Shown: positions 30,650 through 45,709, counted from the stretch's first letter. The stretch is DNA of 64,000 bases from an uncultured Pelagibacteraceae bacterium (GCA_902595405.1 CACJPX010000005.1:14452-78451); one strand, 5' to 3'. Notes: generated by a model from the letters alone, not told the origin. Translations and numbers: made by a program.

Positions 30650-31582
30650 TTATTTAAATAAATCTGATACGGATGTTGAATTTGAAATTCTCTTAATTGC
30701 TTCACCCATAAGACCTGATATGGGTAAAACCTCAATATTTTTAACATTTTTAGTTTTATGAACATTGTCTATTGTATCGGTTATAACTAAATTTTTAATT
30801 ACTGAACTTTTAATTTTTTTAATTGCATCTCCACTTAAAACCCCATGAGTAATGTAAACATAAACATCTTTTGCTCCTCGAGATTTCAAAGCTTTCGCCG
30901 CATTAACAATTGTGCCACCTGAATCAATTATATCATCAACTAAAATACAAGTTTGTCCTTTTACATCACCGATGATATTCATAACCTCTGATTGCCCAGG
31001 CTTTGGTCTTCTTTTATCAACAATAGCTAGTCCTACATTCAGAAGTTTTCCAAGTGCTCTAGCTCTTTCCGTTCCTCCTACGTCAGGTGCAACACAAATA
31101 ATTTTTTTACTTTTAATTTTCTTTCTAGCGTGTCTTGCAAATATTGGAGTAGAAAATAAGTTATCAACAGGAATATCAAAGAAACCTTGAATTTGACCAG
31201 CATGTAAATCTACGGTTACCACTCTATCAGCACCAGCTTGAGTTATTAAATTAGATACAAGTTTTGCAGATATGGAAGTTCTTGGAACAACCTTTCTATC
31301 TTGTCTTGCATATCCAAAATACGGTATTACCGCTGTTATATTTTTTGCCGATGACCTCTTTAGGGCATCAATACATAACAATAATTCCATTAAATTATCA
31401 TTTGCTGGAGAGGAGATAGATTGAACAATAAAAATACTGTTTCCTCTTATATTTTCATTTATTTCAATATAAATTTCACCATCAGCAAATTTTCTAATAC
31501 TTGAATTTACAAGTTTTGTTTTTAAGTATTTAGCAATGTTTTTACTTAAAACTTTATTGCTGTTTCCAGTTAATAATTTCAT
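30650..31582 (-). CDS. prs: Ribose-phosphate pyrophosphokinase
   Basis: [35 protein letters not shown]. Confidence 0.98.
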   Translation of the reverse strand: MKLLTGNSNKVLSKNIAKYLKTKLVNSSIRKFADGEIYIEINENIRGNSIFIVQSISSPANDNLMELLLCIDALKRSSAKNITAVIPYFGYARQDRKVVPRTSISAKLVSNLITQAGADRVVTVDLHAGQIQGFFDIPVDNLFSTPIFARHARKKIKSKKIICVAPDVGGTERARALGKLLNVGLAIVDKRRPKPGQSEVMNIIGDVKGQTCILVDDIIDSGGTIVNAAKALKSRGAKDVYVYITHGVLSGDAIKKIKSSVIKNLVITDTIDNVHKTKNVKNIEVLPISGLMGEAIKRISNSTSVSDLFK

Positions 31583-31591
31583 TGAAAAACT

Positions 31592-32350
31592 CTAATTAAT
31601 CATAATTAATGAAATATTTCTACCATAATCATCATGATTTAAACGCAAAGACCTTCTTGCACTAAAAAAATTATTTTTTTTAGGAAAAGTATCAATATTT
31701 ATCGTCTCTAAATTTGTGATTTTCATTAATTTGAGTTGTAATTTAACATATTTTGATAAATCAAAATAAATTAAGTTTTTTCTTTTTCTAAAAAAAACTT
31801 TATTTCTTTTATCTTTTTTTAGGAATTTTCTTCTAAAATCTTCTTTTACGTTATAGCTTTTTTGAGCGATACAAGGACCTATAACAGCAATCATATTCTT
31901 TTTTTCACACCCCTTTTTAATCATGAAATTTATAACTTTTGAAATAATTCCTTTATATGCACCTTTCCATCCAGCATGAATAGCAGCTACCATCTTTTTT
32001 TGTTTATCAAAAATTAATATTGGTACACAATCGGCTGTAAGAATTCCAATTGGTAATCTTGGAATGTCAGTGATTACTGCATCTGCTTTCTTTTTTTTTA
32101 GGTACTTAGAATATTTATTGATGAAAACAAATTTATTACTATGTATTTGATGGAGTAAAAAAATATTTTTTGAATTTTTATCGATTTTCTTTTTTACAAT
32201 TCTCAAATTTTTGATAATTTTTGTTTTGTAGTCGTTAGATCCTGGTCCACAATTTAAGCTTTTATAAATACCTCTCGAACATCCACCTTTTTTATTAAAA
32301 AAACCGTGACTGATCTCTTTAAATTTAGATAATTTTTTTGAAACTATCAA
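31592..32350 (-). CDS. pgeF: PgeF/YfiH family protein
   Basis: SLNCG, QIHS, TADCVP, HAGWKG, FFSARR. Confidence 0.9.
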   Translation of the reverse strand: MIVSKKLSKFKEISHGFFNKKGGCSRGIYKSLNCGPGSNDYKTKIIKNLRIVKKKIDKNSKNIFLLHQIHSNKFVFINKYSKYLKKKKADAVITDIPRLPIGILTADCVPILIFDKQKKMVAAIHAGWKGAYKGIISKVINFMIKKGCEKKNMIAVIGPCIAQKSYNVKEDFRRKFLKKDKRNKVFFRKRKNLIYFDLSKYVKLQLKLMKITNLETINIDTFPKKNNFFSARRSLRLNHDDYGRNISLIMIN

Positions 32351-33396
32351 TTAAACCCCAACTTATATTTATTGTCTTTGTTTTTGATAAACATTACCTT
32401 AAATAAATTTCCCATTTCTTTCTCATCTATGAGTTTTTTTAATCTAAAATAAATATCTGCTTTTTTTGAAAAGCTTTGATTTTGCGATATTATCTCAGCT
32501 CTATTTTTTATTCCTAATTTTACTAAAAAGCTTCCTTGAGTTGTTATTAAGTCTTTTAAACCACCTAATTGATTGATTATTTTCTTAAATAAGAAAAAAT
32601 TAATATTATGAGTAATATCTGAAGTACCGATATTTTTTAAAACACTATTATGTTTATGATTTGAAATCGATTTAAGAGTATTTTTCATCCTCTTTTCCAT
32701 ATACCCGTAATCAATCATTAGAAGACCACCATTATTTTTTTTAACTATTCCAGCAACTTTTTTTAAATAATCTGCTCCAACTAAGGAGTATTCAATAAAT
32801 TTTTGGTCTTTTGAAATATTATAATCAATTTCTTTTTCAAATTTTTTCATATTAAACTTTCTTTCACAAAAAAAGGGCTTTTTTTGATTTTTAAAATTTA
32901 CATATCTTTCAAACCAAAGATCTTTTTTTTTAATAAATTGTTTTATTGCTATTGCATCAAAAAACTCGTTTGCAATAAAAATAGTTGGAAATTTTTTTAT
33001 TTGTTTCAGATCAGAAATCCAAATAACTTTTTCTTTATCTAATTTGTTTTTTTGAATTTTCTTTAATTTTAGACTTTTTTCATGAATTAAAATATTACAT
33101 GAACTTAAAAACGCTGGAAATTTTTTAAAAGTTTCTAAAAATATTTTCATCATTTCACCGTTTCCTGCACCAAGTTCCACCAAATTAATTTTTTTTGGGG
33201 TTCCTAAATTTTCCCAAAAACCTAAAATCCATACAGCTATCATTTCAGAAAACATTCTAGAAATATTTGGTGCAGTTAAAAAATCGCCCTTTAACCCGAA
33301 AGGGTTTTTTTGCATATAGTATCCGTTTTTTTTATCATATAGAGCAAAATCGATAAATTTATCTAAAGAGATTTCAAAATTATTTTTGATGGTCAT
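32347..33396 (-). CDS. NDUFAF7/MidA-family SAM-dependent methyltransferase
   Basis: GDFLTAP, ELGAGNG, ANEFFDA, IDYG, DIT, MG.LFKV. Confidence 0.9.
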   Translation of the reverse strand: MTIKNNFEISLDKFIDFALYDKKNGYYMQKNPFGLKGDFLTAPNISRMFSEMIAVWILGFWENLGTPKKINLVELGAGNGEMMKIFLETFKKFPAFLSSCNILIHEKSLKLKKIQKNKLDKEKVIWISDLKQIKKFPTIFIANEFFDAIAIKQFIKKKDLWFERYVNFKNQKKPFFCERKFNMKKFEKEIDYNISKDQKFIEYSLVGADYLKKVAGIVKKNNGGLLMIDYGYMEKRMKNTLKSISNHKHNSVLKNIGTSDITHNINFFLFKKIINQLGGLKDLITTQGSFLVKLGIKNRAEIISQNQSFSKKADIYFRLKKLIDEKEMGNLFKVMFIKNKDNKYKLGFN

Positions 33397-34156
33397 ATTT
33401 TTTTAAAGTCAAATAAGAACCAAATATAAAAAAAACTAAACATAAAATTTGCCCCATACTCAATTTAAATAGAACGTAACCTAATTGTTCATCTGGCATT
33501 CTTAAAAATTCTATAAAAAATCTGAAAACAGAGTAAAATATTAAGAATATTCCAGATAAGAAACCAGGATTTTTAGCTGAGGACGCTTTTCGAAAATATA
33601 TCAATATAAAAAATAATAACAGTCCCTCAAAAAAAGCCTCATAAAGTTGAGATGGATGACGATATATTTCATCAATTTTTTCAAATTTAATTCCCCATGG
33701 TAAAGTTGTTTCTTTGCCATAAAGCTCTGAATTTATAAAATTTGCAATACGTCCAAAAAAAATTCCTATTGGTGCGACTAACGAAACAATATCAAGATAA
33801 ATATAAGAATTATGATTATGTTTTTTTGCAAACCATACGCTCATCACAATTACACCTAATAGTCCACCATGGAATGACATTCCTCCATTCCAAATTTTAA
33901 ATATTTCAAAAATGTTCTCTAAATAGTAATCTAAATTATAAAATATTACATAACCTAATCTTCCACCAATTATAATACCTAAAATTATATAAGTTATGTA
34001 GTCGTCAAATTTCTCTTTTAAATTATCATCTTTTATAAAAATTCTTTTTGCCAAAATCCATCCAGCCAGAATTCCAAATATATATGATAAAGAATACCAT
34101 CTAAATTCTAATGAAAATAAACTAAATGCAACTGGGTCAAAATTATTAATGAACAT
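33380..34156 (-). CDS. lgt: Prolipoprotein diacylglyceryl transferase
   Basis: GGRLGY, GGMSFHGG, GRIANF.N.E, HPSQLYEA. Confidence 0.97.
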   Translation of the reverse strand: MFINNFDPVAFSLFSLEFRWYSLSYIFGILAGWILAKRIFIKDDNLKEKFDDYITYIILGIIIGGRLGYVIFYNLDYYLENIFEIFKIWNGGMSFHGGLLGVIVMSVWFAKKHNHNSYIYLDIVSLVAPIGIFFGRIANFINSELYGKETTLPWGIKFEKIDEIYRHPSQLYEAFFEGLLLFFILIYFRKASSAKNPGFLSGIFLIFYSVFRFFIEFLRMPDEQLGYVLFKLSMGQILCLVFFIFGSYLTLKKYDHQK

Positions 34157-34206
34157 TTTTAATTATAATAATAAATTAAAGATATAATAACTTATTTAAT
34201 AAATAT

Positions 34207-34455
34207 ATGAAAAATTCAAAATTTGTTTTTGATAAATTTACTAAACTTCTAGAACAAGGTTTAGTCTCATCTAGAGACTTAAAAAATGAGATAGTAAACA
34301 TTTTAAAATCAAAAAGAGATGAAATCGTATTCAAAATGAAATTAACTAGTAAGGATGAATTTGATATCCTTGCTAAAAGAGTAGAAAGTTTAGAGAAAGA
34401 ACTTGAAAAAAAAAAGGTTTTAAAAAAAAAGATTAAACGGGTAAAAAAATCTTAA
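34207..34455 (+). CDS. Accessory factor UbiK family protein
   Basis: Small coiled coil with L.S.DEFD; divergent from lgt as in other alphaproteobacteria. Confidence 0.65.
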   Translation: MKNSKFVFDKFTKLLEQGLVSSRDLKNEIVNILKSKRDEIVFKMKLTSKDEFDILAKRVESLEKELEKKKVLKKKIKRVKKS

Positions 34456-35752
34456 CCTCAAGTCCATTCAAATTGGATTTATTCAACTTTATATTACCAC
34501 CGTGAGAACGTACAATGTCAGATGCAATAGACAGACCAAGCCCTACACTTGATTTTGAGTCTGCTCTTCCTTTGTCTATTTTGTAGAAAGGTTTAAATAC
34601 ATTATCATATTCACTTTCTGCTATTCCTGGACCATCATCTTCAACTTTTATTATTATACTTGTTTTCTTTTTTTGAAGTTCAATATTTATTTTATTCCCA
34701 TATTTAATTGAATTTTCTAATAGATTATTAAGACACCTTTTAATTAGATTTTTTCGACCATTTAAATAAACCTCTGGTAATATCTCTTTGGTAATGTTTA
34801 CACTATTATACTTACCTATAATCTCATCTATTAAATCACTTAGATTGAAAAGCTCATCCTTTTCCATAAATGAGGAACTTGTAAACTGCAAATATTCATT
34901 AAGCATTTTTTCCATTTCATTTATATCTTCGGTTAACTTCTTAGCTATGGAATTATCTTTTATAAACTCGGTTTGTAATTTCATTCTTGTTAAGGGTGTT
35001 CTCAAATCATGACTAATCCCAGATAGCATTTCAGATCTTTGATTTAGATGTCTCATAATTCTTTTTCTCATTCTATCGAATTCATAACCTGCTTGACGTA
35101 TCTCAGCTGCACCAGAGGGCTTAAATTCATCTACATTTTCCCCTCTTCCAAATTTTTCAGCAGCTTTAGCTAAAGCTGTGATTGGTCTTGTTTGATTTTT
35201 TAAAAATATAAGCGAAATAATTACGACCACGAATGCAGGTACAGTTATCCATAATCCAAACAGTCTTGCAGAAGTGCTTGTCAGTCTATCCTTAGGGACT
35301 ATAAATTTAAAGAAACCATTTTGATATTTAATTCTTAAATCAACTAACTCTTTATAACTTGTAGTATCAAACCAAAATATTTCTAATCCAAATTTAGATT
35401 TTAATTCTCTTCTCAGTGTTCTGTCTATTGGACTAAACCATCTTTCATTGTAAGAGAAATTAAAATTTTCATCCTCAACAAATTCGATATTCAAATCTTG
35501 ATATAATGAAAAAATATTTTTTATTTCATCTTTTTCATAATTATCATTACTATAAACCTCGATGAAAGTTTGTATTTCACTAACCAATGCTCTTGTCATT
35601 CCTTTGTTAGTTTTTATCCAAAGGCTATCAAAAAAAACTATTGTAATTATTAATTGAATTAAAATTACCGGGATAGCAACTATTAGCAAAGCTCTGTAAA
35701 ATAATCTTTTTGGTAATAAATTTTTTACAAATTTATTCAATCCATAAAACAT
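34433..35752 (-). CDS. EnvZ-like sensor histidine kinase
   Basis: Two TM, HAMP, SHDLRTPL H-box, DDGPGI, GLGL. Confidence 0.93.
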   Translation of the reverse strand: MFYGLNKFVKNLLPKRLFYRALLIVAIPVILIQLIITIVFFDSLWIKTNKGMTRALVSEIQTFIEVYSNDNYEKDEIKNIFSLYQDLNIEFVEDENFNFSYNERWFSPIDRTLRRELKSKFGLEIFWFDTTSYKELVDLRIKYQNGFFKFIVPKDRLTSTSARLFGLWITVPAFVVVIISLIFLKNQTRPITALAKAAEKFGRGENVDEFKPSGAAEIRQAGYEFDRMRKRIMRHLNQRSEMLSGISHDLRTPLTRMKLQTEFIKDNSIAKKLTEDINEMEKMLNEYLQFTSSSFMEKDELFNLSDLIDEIIGKYNSVNITKEILPEVYLNGRKNLIKRCLNNLLENSIKYGNKINIELQKKKTSIIIKVEDDGPGIAESEYDNVFKPFYKIDKGRADSKSSVGLGLSIASDIVRSHGGNIKLNKSNLNGLEVKIFLPV

Positions 35753-36410
35753 AGCCAGCTCCTCTTATAGTCTGAAGAAATTTTGGATTTTTTGGATCTA
35801 TTTCAATTTTTTTCCTCAATCTAGTTATGATAACATCAATTGATCTTTCTTTATCTAAGTCAATTAATCTACCAATTTCTTCCCGTTCAAAAACTTTTCC
35901 TGGGTTATTAATCATTTTCTCTAATATTGTTTTTTCAGTGTTATTTATTTTAAATTCTGAATTACCATGAAAAATTATCTGCTTACTTAAATCTATTTTT
36001 ACATTTTCAAATTCTATTATTTTCTTAGAATTATTTTTTTTGGTTTTGTTAATTATGTTTTTAATTCTAAGATCAAGTTCCTTGGGCTCGAAAGGTTTAG
36101 GTAAATAATCATCTGCTCCCACTTCTAATCCCTCTATTCTTTCATTCGGCTCACCTTTAGCAGTTAATAATATTATTGGAGTATTAATATATTCTTTATG
36201 TTCTTTTAAAAAATCAAGCCCACTTTTTCCAGGCATCATGATATCTAAAATTATTAAATCAAACTTAATAACCTTTATTTTTTCAGACGCATTTTCTGCG
36301 GTATGAGCTGTGGTGACTAAATATTTTTTTTCATTTAAATATTTTTTAACCAATGATCTTATTCCTTCATCATCATCAACCACTAAAATATGAGCCAGAA
36401 AACTATCCAT
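35733..36410 (-). CDS. OmpR-family response regulator (PetR-like)
   Basis: VVDDD, LDIMMP, KPF, RSIDV.I.RLR.KIE, TIRG.GY. Confidence 0.94.
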   Translation of the reverse strand: MDSFLAHILVVDDDEGIRSLVKKYLNEKKYLVTTAHTAENASEKIKVIKFDLIILDIMMPGKSGLDFLKEHKEYINTPIILLTAKGEPNERIEGLEVGADDYLPKPFEPKELDLRIKNIINKTKKNNSKKIIEFENVKIDLSKQIIFHGNSEFKINNTEKTILEKMINNPGKVFEREEIGRLIDLDKERSIDVIITRLRKKIEIDPKNPKFLQTIRGAGYVLWIE

Positions 36411-36843
36411 TAATTATTCTTTTTAAAACTTCATCAAAATTAAGAACTTCTTGAGAACTTGAATTAAGCAATGCATTATAAATTCTTTTTTTTTGTATTT
36501 CAAAAATCTCTTTAAAAATTTTTTTTCCTTTTTCATTTAGAAAGATGTGTTTAATTCTTGTGTCCGTCTCGTCTTTATTAAAAAAAACCATTTCAAGCTT
36601 GATCAAATCTTTTAAAACCCTATTTAGGCTTTGTTTAGATACTTTAAGTTTCCTCATAAGCTCTGAGATTGATATTCCCTCATACATAGATATTAAATGA
36701 ATAGTTTTTTGATGAGCTAAGCCAATATGATATTTATTGAGAATTTTTTTTGAGTCTGAAAAAGTTTCTCTATAACTTATAAATAATTTTTCAATTAAAT
36801 GTTTTAATTGTTCATCTTTTAAATATAAAAGCTCTTTCATCAC
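36403..36843 (-). CDS. MarR-family regulator (PetP-like)
   Basis: wHTH SKQSLNRVLK, D.R; upstream of the OmpR/EnvZ pair. Confidence 0.88.
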   Translation of the reverse strand: MMKELLYLKDEQLKHLIEKLFISYRETFSDSKKILNKYHIGLAHQKTIHLISMYEGISISELMRKLKVSKQSLNRVLKDLIKLEMVFFNKDETDTRIKHIFLNEKGKKIFKEIFEIQKKRIYNALLNSSSQEVLNFDEVLKRIING

Positions 36844-36855
36844 AGGTAAGTTATA

Positions 36856-36884
36856 TTGACATATTATATATACACAGATATTTT
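36856..36884 (+). promoter_or_regulatory. Putative sigma70 promoter of ilvE
   Basis: TTGACA-17 nt-TATTTT. Confidence 0.55.
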
Positions 36885-36909
36885 TCAGTAATAATTTTAT
36901 ATTTCATAC

Positions 36910-37791
36910 ATGATACCTTACGATAAAAGATCTGGTAAAATATGGTACAACGGCGAATTAGTTGATTGGTCTAATGTTAAAGTGCATGTTTTAAGCCATG
37001 GATTACACTACGCTAGTTGTGTTTTTGAGGGAGAGAGAGTTTATGATGGTTCAATCTTCAAATTAGAGGAACATACTTCAAGATTTTTTCATTCAGCAAG
37101 ACGAATGGGTTTTGAAATTCCTTACACTGAAACGGAAATAAACGCTGCTTCAAATACTATAATTAAAAACCAAAAAGTTGAAAATGGTTACGTAAGACCA
37201 GTTGCCTGGAGAGGCAGTGAAATGATGGCGATCTCAGCTCAACAAACAAAAATTCATGTTGCAATAGCAACATGGGAATGGGGGTCCTATTTTGATCCAA
37301 AATTAAAAGTTGAGGGGATTAGATTAAATATTTCTAATTGGAGAAGACCTGCTCCTAATACAATTCCTTGGGACACAAAAGCTTCAGGTCTTTACATGAT
37401 ATGCACTCTTTCAAAACATGAGGCAGAAAAAAATGGTTATACAGATTCTTTAATGCTAGATCATGAAGGTAATATTGCTGAAGCTACTGGTGCAAATATT
37501 TTTTTTAAAGACTCGAATGGTGAGTTACACACGCCGTTACCAGACTCTTTCCTAGATGGAATTACTAGAAGAACAGTAATTGAAATTGCGAAATCAAAAA
37601 ATATTAAAGTACATGAAAGAAAAATAAACCCCTCAGAGTTGAGGAATTTTGTTGGATGTTTTTTAACCGGAACTGCAGCAGAGGTAACCCCAGTTTCTTG
37701 TATCGCTGAAAATGAATTTAAAGTTTGTGATTTAATTATTGGTCTTAACGAAAGTTATCAGAAACTTGTTAGAAAGAAAAAAGCAGCTTAA
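36910..37791 (+). CDS. ilvE: Branched-chain amino acid aminotransferase
   Basis: HGLHY..CVFEG, KASGLY, EATGANIF, LDGITR, TGTAAEV. Confidence 0.95.
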   Translation: MIPYDKRSGKIWYNGELVDWSNVKVHVLSHGLHYASCVFEGERVYDGSIFKLEEHTSRFFHSARRMGFEIPYTETEINAASNTIIKNQKVENGYVRPVAWRGSEMMAISAQQTKIHVAIATWEWGSYFDPKLKVEGIRLNISNWRRPAPNTIPWDTKASGLYMICTLSKHEAEKNGYTDSLMLDHEGNIAEATGANIFFKDSNGELHTPLPDSFLDGITRRTVIEIAKSKNIKVHERKINPSELRNFVGCFLTGTAAEVTPVSCIAENEFKVCDLIIGLNESYQKLVRKKKAA

Positions 37792-38372
37792 TCTTTATTA
37801 TCTTCTGAGATAGCGTGATCAATACCTTTTCGCATATATTCATATCCCGTAAATAGAGTTAAAGCAGCCGAAAGCCATAAAAGAATTATTCCAATAGTTT
37901 GAGCATTATAATCTTGAAAATTAATAATTTTGTTTCCAGTTTCTCCAGAAAGTAAAAGTGCAATAGCAACCATTTGCAATACAGTCTTTAATTTTGCTAG
38001 ATTTGAAACTGGTAGTTTAATTTTTCCCTTAGCCAAAAATTCCCTTAATCCAGATATCAAAATTTCTCTTGTTAAGATAATGATTGCTGCTATTACCTCG
38101 TAATTTCTTATAGTTCCGTCCATTACCAAAAGTATTAAAGCAGTTGCAACGATAATTTTATCTGCAATAGGATCAAGTAATTCTCCAAGTTTAGACTCTT
38201 CCCCAAGAAATCTTGCTAGCATTCCATCTAAAAAATCTGTAAAGGATGCAACTATAAATAAAATTAACGCTGTCAAATCTCCATAAAAACCTGGCAAGTA
38301 AAATGCTAACACAAAAAAAGGAACAATTAAGATTCTTCCTATAGTTAAAATATTCGGTATTTTTTTAAGCAT
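37788..38372 (-). CDS. pgsA: Phosphatidylglycerophosphate synthase
   Basis: PNILT..R, TDFLDG.LAR, LDP.ADK. Confidence 0.96.
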   Translation of the reverse strand: MLKKIPNILTIGRILIVPFFVLAFYLPGFYGDLTALILFIVASFTDFLDGMLARFLGEESKLGELLDPIADKIIVATALILLVMDGTIRNYEVIAAIIILTREILISGLREFLAKGKIKLPVSNLAKLKTVLQMVAIALLLSGETGNKIINFQDYNAQTIGIILLWLSAALTLFTGYEYMRKGIDHAISEDNKD

Positions 38373-38380
38373 AATTTTTT

Positions 38381-40216
38381 TTATTCATGAAAAAAGTTAT
38401 ATATTTTTTTCGCAACTTTTTCTTCAACCCCTTCCACAGATTTAATTTCATCTAGACTTGCAGACTCAACTGCTCTAGCTGATCCAAAATGGTTTAATAA
38501 AGCTCTTTTTCTTATGGAACCTATTCCGTCAATTTGGTCTAACAGCGATTTACTAATACCCTTCTTCCTTTTTGCTCTATGAGCACTAATTGCAAAACGA
38601 TGAGACTCATCTCTTATTCTCTGAAGAAAGAATAAAGTAGGATCATTTTTAACGAATTTAAATTCCTTACCATTATGAAAGAAAGTCTCATTTCCACTAT
38701 TTCTATATTTACCTTTAGCAATCGCAATTATAGGAATATCATGAAGTCCAAGTTCATTTAAAGTTTCTCTAGCTACTGAATATTGTCCTTTTCCTCCATC
38801 TACCATTACCAGATCAGGAAAAGTTAAATAGTTATCTTTTTCTTGTATTGCTCTTTTAAATCTTCTATTCAAAACTTCTTTCATCATTCCATAATCATCT
38901 TGTTCATTCTTTTTAAGCTTGATGTTAAATTTTCTATATCTTTTTTTAATAAATCCATCATCACCATAAGCTATCAATGCGCCTACACTGTTTGTTCCCT
39001 GTATATGACTGTTATCATAAACCTCAATCAGATTAATATTGGTCTCTAGATTAAATTTACTTGCCACAGCTTCAAATAATTCCTTATTATTTTGACTTTC
39101 ATAAAGCTTTCTATTTAAACTCTCTTTAGCGTTTTTTATTGCTTGGTTAATTACTTTTAATTTTGAACCTTTTTTAGCTATAGATATGGTAACTTGTTTT
39201 TTTTCTTTAAGAGAGAGCGTTTTTTCGATTAAAACTTTTTCTTTTATCTCTTCAGATAATATTATTGAGGAGGGTACACTTTTATTTTCATAAAATTGTG
39301 TGACAAAAGAATTAATTATATTGCTTAAATTTTCATCAGGATCATGTTTTGGAAAAAAAGATTGGTTACCCCAGTTTTGTTTTGATCTATAAAAAAAAAC
39401 TTGAATACATGCTTTGCCAGACTCTTTATATCCCGCGATTACATCAGCCTCTATAAGATTAGCTTCATTAATTCTTTGTGATGATTGAATAATATTCAAG
39501 GATTTTATTCGATCTCTTAAAATTACTGCTTTTTCAAAATCTAAACTCTCACTAGCTCTTTCCATTTGCTCTGAAAGGCTTTTTTGTATTTTTCTTGATT
39601 TACCAGAAACAAATTCAATAGCGTCATCAACAGTCTTTTTATATTCTTCTTTTTCTATATAACCAACACAAGGACCAGAGCATCTTTTAATTTGATATAA
39701 AATACATGGTCGCTCTCTATTTTTAAATACAGTGTCATCACAAACTCTAAGATGGAATATTTTTTGAATCATTTTTATTGTCCAGTTAGCTGATCCTGCG
39801 GATGCAAAAGGTCCAAAATAAAAACCTTCAGTAGTTTTTTTCCCTCTGTGTCTTTTTATTTGTGGCCATTTATCTTTGTTGCCAATAAATATAAAAGGAA
39901 AAGATTTATCATCTCTTAGTAAAATATTAAATTTTGGTTTATGTTTTTTGATTAAATTTGCCTCTAAAAGCAAAGCTTCACTTTCATTAGAAGTAGTTGT
40001 TATCTCCAATTTTCTAGTTTGTGACAACATTCTTTCGGTCCTAATAATATGATTTTTTTCAGCTACATAACTTTTAAGTCTATTTGGTAAATTTTTGGCT
40101 TTACCAACATAAAGAATTTCCTCTTTTTCATTCAACATTCTATAAACACCAGGAAGTTTTGGGATTAAGGGTAGTTCTTTTTTTATTATTTCTTTTCCAA
40201 TATCAGAACTTATCAT
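38381..40216 (-). CDS. uvrC: Excinuclease ABC subunit C
   Basis: [31 protein letters not shown], HhH. Confidence 0.97.
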   Translation of the reverse strand: MISSDIGKEIIKKELPLIPKLPGVYRMLNEKEEILYVGKAKNLPNRLKSYVAEKNHIIRTERMLSQTRKLEITTTSNESEALLLEANLIKKHKPKFNILLRDDKSFPFIFIGNKDKWPQIKRHRGKKTTEGFYFGPFASAGSANWTIKMIQKIFHLRVCDDTVFKNRERPCILYQIKRCSGPCVGYIEKEEYKKTVDDAIEFVSGKSRKIQKSLSEQMERASESLDFEKAVILRDRIKSLNIIQSSQRINEANLIEADVIAGYKESGKACIQVFFYRSKQNWGNQSFFPKHDPDENLSNIINSFVTQFYENKSVPSSIILSEEIKEKVLIEKTLSLKEKKQVTISIAKKGSKLKVINQAIKNAKESLNRKLYESQNNKELFEAVASKFNLETNINLIEVYDNSHIQGTNSVGALIAYGDDGFIKKRYRKFNIKLKKNEQDDYGMMKEVLNRRFKRAIQEKDNYLTFPDLVMVDGGKGQYSVARETLNELGLHDIPIIAIAKGKYRNSGNETFFHNGKEFKFVKNDPTLFFLQRIRDESHRFAISAHRAKRKKGISKSLLDQIDGIGSIRKRALLNHFGSARAVESASLDEIKSVEGVEEKVAKKIYNFFHE

Positions 40217-40628
40217 GACTTCTCTTTTTGGTAATTTGAATACCAACAGATGAGCATTCTTTTAAAATCTCTAATTTTTCAATTTTGAGCATTATCTTAG
40301 CAATTCTTTTATCTTTAAATAATTCATCAAAAACAGCCTCTGCAAGAGTTTCTAAAAAGTTATAATGTTTTTTCTTAACAAGTTTTCTTATCAGCTTAAC
40401 AATAGTTCCATAATTAACTATTGATTTTAAATCTTTATCATTTGACGGTTTTTTATCTTGATAATCTATTTCAAGACTAAATTTTACTTTTTGAGCATTT
40501 TCTCTTTCAAAATCATAATATCCAAGTTTTAAATCCAGTATTAACTCGTTTATAAGGATTTTTTTTTCATAATTGAAAAGAGATTTTCCTTTATCAATTT
40601 TAACAATCTTAAAATTATTTTTTTTCAT
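40203..40628 (-). CDS. folB: Dihydroneopterin aldolase
   Basis: G.YDFE...Q, VNY, LETLAE, SVG. Confidence 0.85.
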   Translation of the reverse strand: MKKNNFKIVKIDKGKSLFNYEKKILINELILDLKLGYYDFERENAQKVKFSLEIDYQDKKPSNDKDLKSIVNYGTIVKLIRKLVKKKHYNFLETLAEAVFDELFKDKRIAKIMLKIEKLEILKECSSVGIQITKKRSHDKF

Positions 40629-41358
40629 TCCTTACCTAGAACATCTGGTGTTTGCCAGTTTAAACTTTGGCCACTATCAATTGCCAGCACTTGACCAGTA
40701 ATAGATCTGCTTTTTATAAAAAAGTCAACAGCATTACAAATTTCATTAACATCAACCTGTCTTTTTAAAGGAGTAGCAAGATATTGTTTTTTAAAATGTT
40801 TTTCAGTCTGTCTTTGATTTTTTATAGTAGGTCCTGGTGCAATACCATTTACCCTTATTTTAGGTGAAAGACTCATAGCACTAGTTTTTGTCAAAGTATA
40901 AAGACCAGATTTACTTATAGTGTAAGAAAAGAAATATGGAGTAAGTTTAAAAATTCTTTGATCAATAATATTAATAATATTATTATTATTTCCTCTAATA
41001 TTTTTGGAAAATTCTTTAGTTAAAAGTGCAGGTGCTTTCAAATTGATTGATATATGTTTTTCCCAACTTTTATTATTAAAATTTGCTAATTTATCATTTT
41101 CAAATAATGAAGCATTATTAACAAGACAGTCAAAATATTTTAATTTGGATTTTGCTAACTTGATAATTTTGATAATATCTTTTTCTTTACTTAAATCACC
41201 TTTGGCTAAATAAACTTTAGCTCCATAATACTCTAATTTTTTTTTGAGATTTTCTGCTTTAGATTTTGATTTATTAAAATGAAGAACTAACTCTTTATTT
41301 GGACCTGAAAGTTTTTTTGCAATTGCCGCACCTATTCTTGTTGCTCCACCTGTGATGA

Positions 41359-41377
<19 letters not shown>
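40625..41377 (-). CDS. SDR oxidoreductase (FolM/pteridine reductase-like)
   Basis: [18 protein letters not shown]; adjacent to folB. Confidence 0.85.
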
Positions 41378-44760
<3,383 letters not shown>

Positions 44761-45708
44761 TTATTTTTGATTTAAAATCTTTTTTGCTGGAATTGTTTTT
44801 TTAATCCAAATATTTGGAATAGAATTTACACCTTTTAGAGCTGCAAAATATGCTCCAGTAAAATTTGCTCTTGAACAATTGCACCCACCTGCCTTTATTG
44901 TTTTTAAAATAGCGTCTTTATAATTTTTTGAATTAATAATTGTATATATTGAGCTGTTAAAAGTTCCTGGGTAGCTACAAGCCATACCTAGTTTCTTTAT
45001 CACAGCTGGATCGAATTTTGATCTTAATTGTATTATTTTTTTAATGTCATTTACTATTCCTTTAAAAAAAGAATTTCTATTGAATTTTTTAATGAATTCT
45101 TTGATTGGGTCTTCAGCTCCCTTTAACGCAAAATCTATTAAATAAAATTTTGCCATAGCATATTTAAAACTTATTTTTGAAACTGTTACAATTTTGAAAA
45201 TTTTTTCTAAACTTTTAAAATCAAAGCCATATAGAAAATATGGAAGAGTAGCACAAAAACCATCTGACTCATTGACTTTTACACCACCAGGGATCTTCTT
45301 TTTCAACTTGATATTTTTTACTGTCTCAATAATATTTTGATGTATCCACGGTCCCTTGACGATACCGTGCCAGTCTTTGACTTTTTTATATTTAGATCTC
45401 AGTTTTAAATTTTTCCAATATTTACTTCCAGGGCCAAAGTTTATAAGGATTTTTTTTTTAAAACGTTTCTCTATATTTTCGTGTCCATCCAGTAGTGTGT
45501 GAAACATCACTTGGCTAATTTCATTGTAACCAGAGACTTTTCCGGTTTTGATATTATAGAAGGGACTTCTATTTTTTTTTAAGAAAGAAAAGTCCTTTTT
45601 TCCTTTAATATAAACACCTAATTTTTTTTGATTATATACCCAATGTAATGGTCTGGCTGCTGCATCTGCAACTGTAGCGCCTAAGAAAACATGGAGATTA
45701 TTTTTCAC
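44761..45708 (-). CDS. ADP-ribosylglycohydrolase-fold protein (J1-crystallin/SelJ-like)
   Basis: GATVADAA..PLHW.Y N-terminus, AGGCNCSR..F.GA, IP..W; GTG start. Confidence 0.75.
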   Translation of the reverse strand: MKNNLHVFLGATVADAAARPLHWVYNQKKLGVYIKGKKDFSFLKKNRSPFYNIKTGKVSGYNEISQVMFHTLLDGHENIEKRFKKKILINFGPGSKYWKNLKLRSKYKKVKDWHGIVKGPWIHQNIIETVKNIKLKKKIPGGVKVNESDGFCATLPYFLYGFDFKSLEKIFKIVTVSKISFKYAMAKFYLIDFALKGAEDPIKEFIKKFNRNSFFKGIVNDIKKIIQLRSKFDPAVIKKLGMACSYPGTFNSSIYTIINSKNYKDAILKTIKAGGCNCSRANFTGAYFAALKGVNSIPNIWIKKTIPAKKILNQK

Positions 45709-45709
45709 T

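Noticed and set aside
34433-37791. MarR-OmpR-EnvZ cluster divergent from ilvE as a new regulatory system
   Set aside because: Familiar conserved alphaproteobacterial arrangement (petP-petR-like)
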